Below are positions 58,874 through 64,000 of a stretch of DNA of 64,000 nt, one piece after another. The translations under genes were made by a program, and so were the position numbers. The notes beneath the pieces were generated by a model. The model saw only the letters and a program-made list of their open reading frames with translations. It was not told where the DNA came from and did not search any database. The stretch comes from Selaginella moellendorffii (Eukaryota > Plantae > Lycopodiophyta). The DNA is taken from positions 146,892 to 210,891 of the forward strand of contig NW_003314389.1 of NCBI RefSeq assembly GCF_000143415.4. Reading direction: 5' to 3'. Each line of letters opens with the position of its first letter. Positions within the stretch are counted from its first letter, which is position 1.

Positions 58874-61675
58874 TTTCAAGGTTTGTAAATATATGTATGT
58901 ATATACATATATTACCCTAACTAGGTAATACACTAATTGTAGTACTATAGCATATGAACTGTCCATTTGGGACTGAATATAGTCCATTCATTCTTTTATA
59001 TAAGCAAGGGTCTAAACCCCCATTAATATACCTATTCCTATATCCCAAGCATTCACATTGGTGGAGGTGAGGGGCAACGTAATTTGTCCCTAAAGGGCAA
59101 AGCTTTTTGGCAGTGCTTTGCTCTAGTGTTCAGGATCATGTTTTTTTTATTCTTATTTCTTCATTCTCTTTTAGATCTAGATTTGTATTAGCTTTTACAA
59201 GATTTAGAATTCTAGCTATCATTATGCTTAAATCTGCTCTTTCTTCTGATCTTCATCGCATTCTCTTCTTCCACCATACTATGCCGTCATCAATCAAGGA
59301 GTATATCACTTGAGGTTGCTAATGCTGCTCTGTTGGATCAAACTTTTGGTGCTATGGGGTGTGATCATATTAGTGTTGTGTGTAAGCAACCAAAGGGAAC
59401 GACTCGAGAACGATCCATAGGGGTTCAAATATAGAGGGAAAGGGCCCATGAACAAGAGTGCACCCCCTTTTCCAATCGGTTAAGGGTCTTGGGATATTTT
59501 GGAGTTAAGCGTCCTTGGGTTTGAATAGTACTGGGTTGGATGACCTCCCGGGAAGTCCAAACTCAGGAGTTTACATTTGGTATCAGAGAGGTCTCGGGTC
59601 CGACTTTGTTGGTTGGCTAAGGGAATCGCACCACATATTGATTGACATCTGGCTGGTCCAGTTTGCTCTGCTGGGCTCGACCTGAGGGGTAGGGTGTCAA
59701 GAGAGCAGGGCTCTCGGGAGAGTTGCGGCTCTCAGCTGCCGTTCACGAGGGCGTGAACTTGTAGGGAAGCGTGGTGGATTGTAAGCAACCAAAGGGAACG
59801 ACTCGAGAACGATCCATAGGGGTTCAAATATAGAGGGAAAGGGCCCATGAACAAGAGTGCACCCCCTTTTCCAATCGGTTAAGGGTCTTGGGATATTTTG
59901 GAGTTAAGCGTCCTTGGGTTTGAATAGTACTGGGCTGGGTGACCTCCCGGGAAGTCCAAACTCAGGAGTTTACATTGTGCCCATCCTTGGTGTGTTGCCG
60001 TCTCCAGCTTTTGTGGGACGTGATTATATAGTTTGTCATGTTCTCGATGTTTTGCCATCTTCTATTGATGTGGAGTATGATTGTGATATTGATTGGTGAG
60101 CTATGAATGATGCAGTCCAATTCTTGGAGAATATTTAAGGATCAAGGTTATGGGAAGACAATGTGTACAAGTTTGAGAGGATTCTAGAGTGTGATGATGA
60201 GCTTGATTATTATGGAGATAGGTTTGGAGATGAAGTGGAGATTTCACGGTGTCAATATTTCAATTTGCCATCTAATCCTTTCTCTTTCTCTTTTCCTCTT
60301 TCCCAACCTTTTCTTATTTCTTGGCTTAAGCCACCTTCTTATGTTCCTAGTATTTCTTCCTCATCTGTAGTGTTATCTTCTCTTGGCATGTTGATCATTT
60401 ATGACTTTCATGATTCTCTTTCTCAGTCTGGTGTTGAGTTGAGTGTTTTCTGTCCTCATACTAATCTGGATGTTGAGTGTGTCTATAAAGTTGAGAATCT
60501 TGCTTTTGTTTCATTGGCAAAGTCTTTGATCAGTTTTGGTATTGAGTATTCCCCTGTTCCAAGGCTTGAGTCACTTGCTAGAGTTTTGAGTTGAATGCAT
60601 GTCCCTACTTGTGAGTGTCACTGAGAGCCTTTGCTTTATTGTTGCTACTGAGGAATTTATATATTCCCTTGAGAGTGTGGATGTTATTATTGATTTTCCC
60701 ATCTCAAGTGTTAAGTTCTGTGTTGAGGAGGTTGAGTGGTGTGAATCTTTTGTTTATATTGTGGTAGCTGAAGTATTTTATAATAGGAAGTCCCCTATTT
60801 TCCAAGCTTTAAGCACATGTTCTTCTAATTTCCCCATTTTTGCATTGCCAATTGTTGCAAATTCCTCTTCTAATGCTTCTTTATCCACTTTTTCTTCTTC
60901 CACAATTGTTTTTCCTTAATTTTTCTTGTTTTCTCCTTTTTACCCCGACATTTCAAACTTTTTTTTTTCGAAGGAGGGGGTAGAGGGGATGGATGGGAGT
61001 CCAGCCCCGACAATGGACTGAGGACGAGCGCATATGGTAGTGGAGCAAGGACAAACAACATAGATTGTGGAGTGAGGATGAGCATAGCGAGTCTGAATGG
61101 AATATCTGGCCCTGATATAGTGAAGCTGAATGGATGCGATGAGGCCAGACATAGATGGCAGAGTGAGGATGAGCGCAACGAGTCCAAATGGAGCTAGTGC
61201 TTCAAAAAAAAATTCCTTTAGGGAGGGGATAAAGAGAATGTGGAGGAGGAACGGAGTGAGTTTGACCTCCCTAGTTCAAAGTTATGGTTGCATGGTTAGT
61301 TTGAGCATTTGGGAGTTGCATATAGAGTTGCAACTGGTTCATCGAGGTTCTGTAGTCAGCTAATGCTTATGCCATGGCCTTGGATTTTATTTCAGTCATG
61401 GTTGTTAACAACTTTTTTAGTAGTTTTGTGAGTTTCAGATTCTTATGGTAGTTTATAATTGCCCAGAAAAAGTTCCAGATGTTCCACCTAACTTATTATC
61501 ATCATCCAGGAGGGAGGATGGTGTAAAGTTGTAAATATATGTATTACCCTAGCTAAGTAATACACTAATTATAGTACTATAACATATGGACCGTCCATTT
61601 GGGACTAAATCTGGTCCATCCATTCTTGTATATAAACAGGGGTCTTAACCCCTTCCTATATCCCGAGCACTCACA
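58874..61675 (+). mobile_element. Non-autonomous LTR element (LTRs about 58874-59057 and 61522-61675) with tRNA-Ala-like PBS
   Basis: Direct repeats ending CACA, PBS TGGTGGAGGTGAGGGGCA, PPT AGGAGGGAGGATGG, ATTT(T) flanks; no pol motifs recognised. Confidence 0.82.
59381..59974 (+). mobile_element. Intact Cassandra-type TRIM (195-bp LTRs at 59381-59575 and 59780-59974)
   Basis: TG..CA LTRs differing at 2 sites, PBS TGGTATCAGAG, PPT, TSD TTGTG, and 5S-like AGTTAAGCGT..TAGTACTGGG..GACCTCCCGGGAAGTCC. Confidence 0.95.
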
Positions 61676-62044
61676 ATTTTATATATGAAAATGTATTTTT
61701 TATAATATGATAACATTTTCAACATATAATATACATAAGGTTAATTTCTTTTGTATTTGCATTTCTAAAAAATATACTTCTGGATGAATAGTATGATTCC
61801 TTTCTGCATAGTGTAAAAAGCTTGTAATTGAATTCCCAGTCATTCATGCATCCCTGGTGTATAAGGTGGAAAAGTTACAGAAGAAATTCACAGCACTGGC
61901 GCTCTCTTACAATGAAGCAGGGATAGAGATTACCTGAAGCTCAAGGTTGTGAACACGTCTTTGACTGCACTTTCAGTTGCTTGATCTGTTTCTGATTCTA
62001 ATGGTTCAGCAGTCTCATCCCCAACTTCTGTAGCAATAGCTCCT

Positions 62045-62900
62045 GCCATGGATATGCTTAGAGTGTCCGGTTCATGAAGTGGGAATGTCTACTTCAATGC
62101 CACAATTGCTCACAAAGGCATTTCTAGCAATGAAACTATAACTCCGATATCATGTCCTGCAGAAATAAGTTTCTTGCCAATAAGGTCCTGTCCGCAGAAA
62201 AATCCAGATTGTTTAAAAAAGAAAACCGATGAATGACATGATCACTTGCGTTGCATTGAAGGCACGTTTTAAATATTTCAACGTCCAGGCAAGTACCACT
62301 AATCAGCATAGTGGAAGCTAGCAAGGAAAGAAAACCACAGTTTGTCTGACCTGATAAAAAAATTGGGCCAGTGCAAAACCTCCTAGACGACCTTTGCCAG
62401 TCCCAACAGTAATGTGCAAAAGAACAACTTCCTCTCCAATCTGAAAGGAGCAAGTAATCAGATTTGAATGAAAGGATATGAATTTCAGTACCTTCAAATC
62501 ATGATGATGAGTGTAATGTCTGGACAAGTCACATACGACTAATGACGAGATTCCCAGGTGCCTTGACAGTTTCACCACCTGCTTGAGCAGCCATTGACAA
62601 GCTGTCCTTTCCACCTTCTATTGCAACCTCAAGCTCGATCATAGTGTCACGAAGAGCAACAGCAGGATTGTACATATATGTCAGAATCAAGTTCATCCTG
62701 CAAAGTTAAATAGATCATAAGGTGTGTAAACACAATTAAGATGAGAGTACCTTAGCCCAAACAAGATTCGTCAAAGCTTCTCCAAGCGCCAGCCTGGCAA
62801 TAGCTGCAGGATTCAGCAGTCCCTGCAAATTGTCTTCAGAAAAAGGTAAAGAAGTTTCAATCTACCTTGATCGGTTGTTTACCAATAGCGCAAGCAGCAT
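62045..62900 (-). pseudogene. FGAM synthase (PurL/PUR4) internal fragment
   Basis: AACAIGKQPIK|GLLNPAAIARLALGEALTNLVWAK|..MIELEVAIEGGKDSLSMAAQAGGETVKAPGNLVISRM..GKGRLGGFALAQ..AGHDIG. Confidence 0.88.
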
Positions 62901-63734
62901 GTTGCACTTAGCAAGCTTGGACACATCCTTGACATGTTCATGGAGTCACATGAAACCATGGAGTTTGTGGATGCATCGCTTCTTCCACCTCACAGCCAGC
63001 TCCTGGAGAACGTTTGTGGATTGCAGAGGCTTTAGAATCTGGCCGGATGGGAAATACAGGGGAGAGGATCCAGCCTGCACACAGAAAAAATGTTTAGAGA
63101 CAAAACAACGACAAAGGTTTTATTGCACCTTTGGTTTGCAATAATCGATGAAAGAGCAATCGCAGTCTCTTGAACTTCCAAAGTCATGTACATGACCACT
63201 GAGTGAGTATAAATATCCTTCCTTCAACAAGACTGTATGATGTAGCGAAGGAGTGATTGCCAGTGGGGAAGTCATCACGGAGCTGGAGCTCGTGTTCTTC
63301 AGACTGTCCACCTTTGACCTGTCCCAGGCAAGGTGCGTGTGTCACGAATGGTGACGAGCAATCAACGATCCTGGCTTCCGCAAAGGGTATGCACATGCCC
63401 ACCGCTGCATTCCCCACCTCTACTGTCTCAAATCTGGATGCCTTTTTTGTCAAGCCAGTTGAGAACTCCTGACACAGCAAGTGGTGCCACTTCCAGACAC
63501 TCCTCAAGGGCATGACAATCGCCTGCAAAAGTGCCGGGTTACTATGCTTGGCCACCTTCGAATTCGTGGCTCACCTCCACCTTTGTGTGGTGCTGTATAG
63601 ATCTCAACCCAGTGAGAGTTCCTTTGCCACCAGCGGCAGTGGTGGTGGTGGTGTAGGGCACTTGCTGCACCAGCATGTATAGCACCATGGACATGAAGTA
63701 TCACGTGGCTAGTCCATGGTGATGATGATGTTGG

Positions 63735-63900
63735 TCCATCTGCTCAGGAGTGAGGAGGATGGTGTCTGTGGTGTAGGGTTTGCTATACTCGTCCACCACT
63801 GTCATGTTGTGGTTGGCTATGGAGAAGAAGAGCTCCATGTTGAGAGGAGGAGAAAGTATCTCTTCCTGGTAATAGCATTCAGGGTGTAAACTTCTGTGAG
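63735..63900 (-). pseudogene. Laccase exon fragment, copy 2
   Basis: LNMELFFSIANHNMTVVDEYSKPYTTDTILLTP; same upstream intron and leader as 47470-47560. Confidence 0.8.
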
Positions 63901-64000
63901 AGAACAAGAAGAATGGTGATATCCACAAAAACACACACACACAGAAAGAGAGAGAGAGAGAGAATTTGCCCGATCACCCTAAAAATTTCACTTGATTTGG

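Noticed and set aside
59500-59560. 5S rRNA gene
   Set aside because: Only ~56 nt of the internal promoter region, inside TRIM LTRs; the 5S 5' and 3' stems are absent.

Overview
Plant nuclear DNA, very likely a Selaginella-type lycophyte. This is inferred from introns of about 45-70 bp, a RhoGAP-FH1-FH2 class III formin, an ALDH21-like fragment and divergent PLS-PPR sequence. Only two genes look intact, in tandem on the minus strand: a class III formin (25519-28146, interrupted by an N gap) and a divergent CYP707A-like P450 (23571-25388). The rest is a Helitron-rich field. It contains several hairpin+CTAG 3' ends, RepHel and RPA70 remnants, and more than a dozen intron-retaining host-gene fragments (ARP5, MRL1 x2, CYP88 x2, class III peroxidase x2, TIC32-like SDR x2, ALDH21, PPR, SERINC, laccase x2, ArfGAP-C2, PgiC x2, Kelch, CENH3-like, PurL). 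Several fragment trains start from a recurring promoter/leader-exon cassette. There is a four-level transposon nest: a tRNA-Ala-primed Ty3/Gypsy holds a 5S-bearing Cassandra-type TRIM, which holds a long-TIR element with a CAC end and 5-bp TSD, which holds a long-LTR element with tandem arrays. A second, intact Cassandra-type TRIM sits in a non-autonomous tRNA-Ala-primed LTR element. All homology calls come from motif recognition, not database searches.
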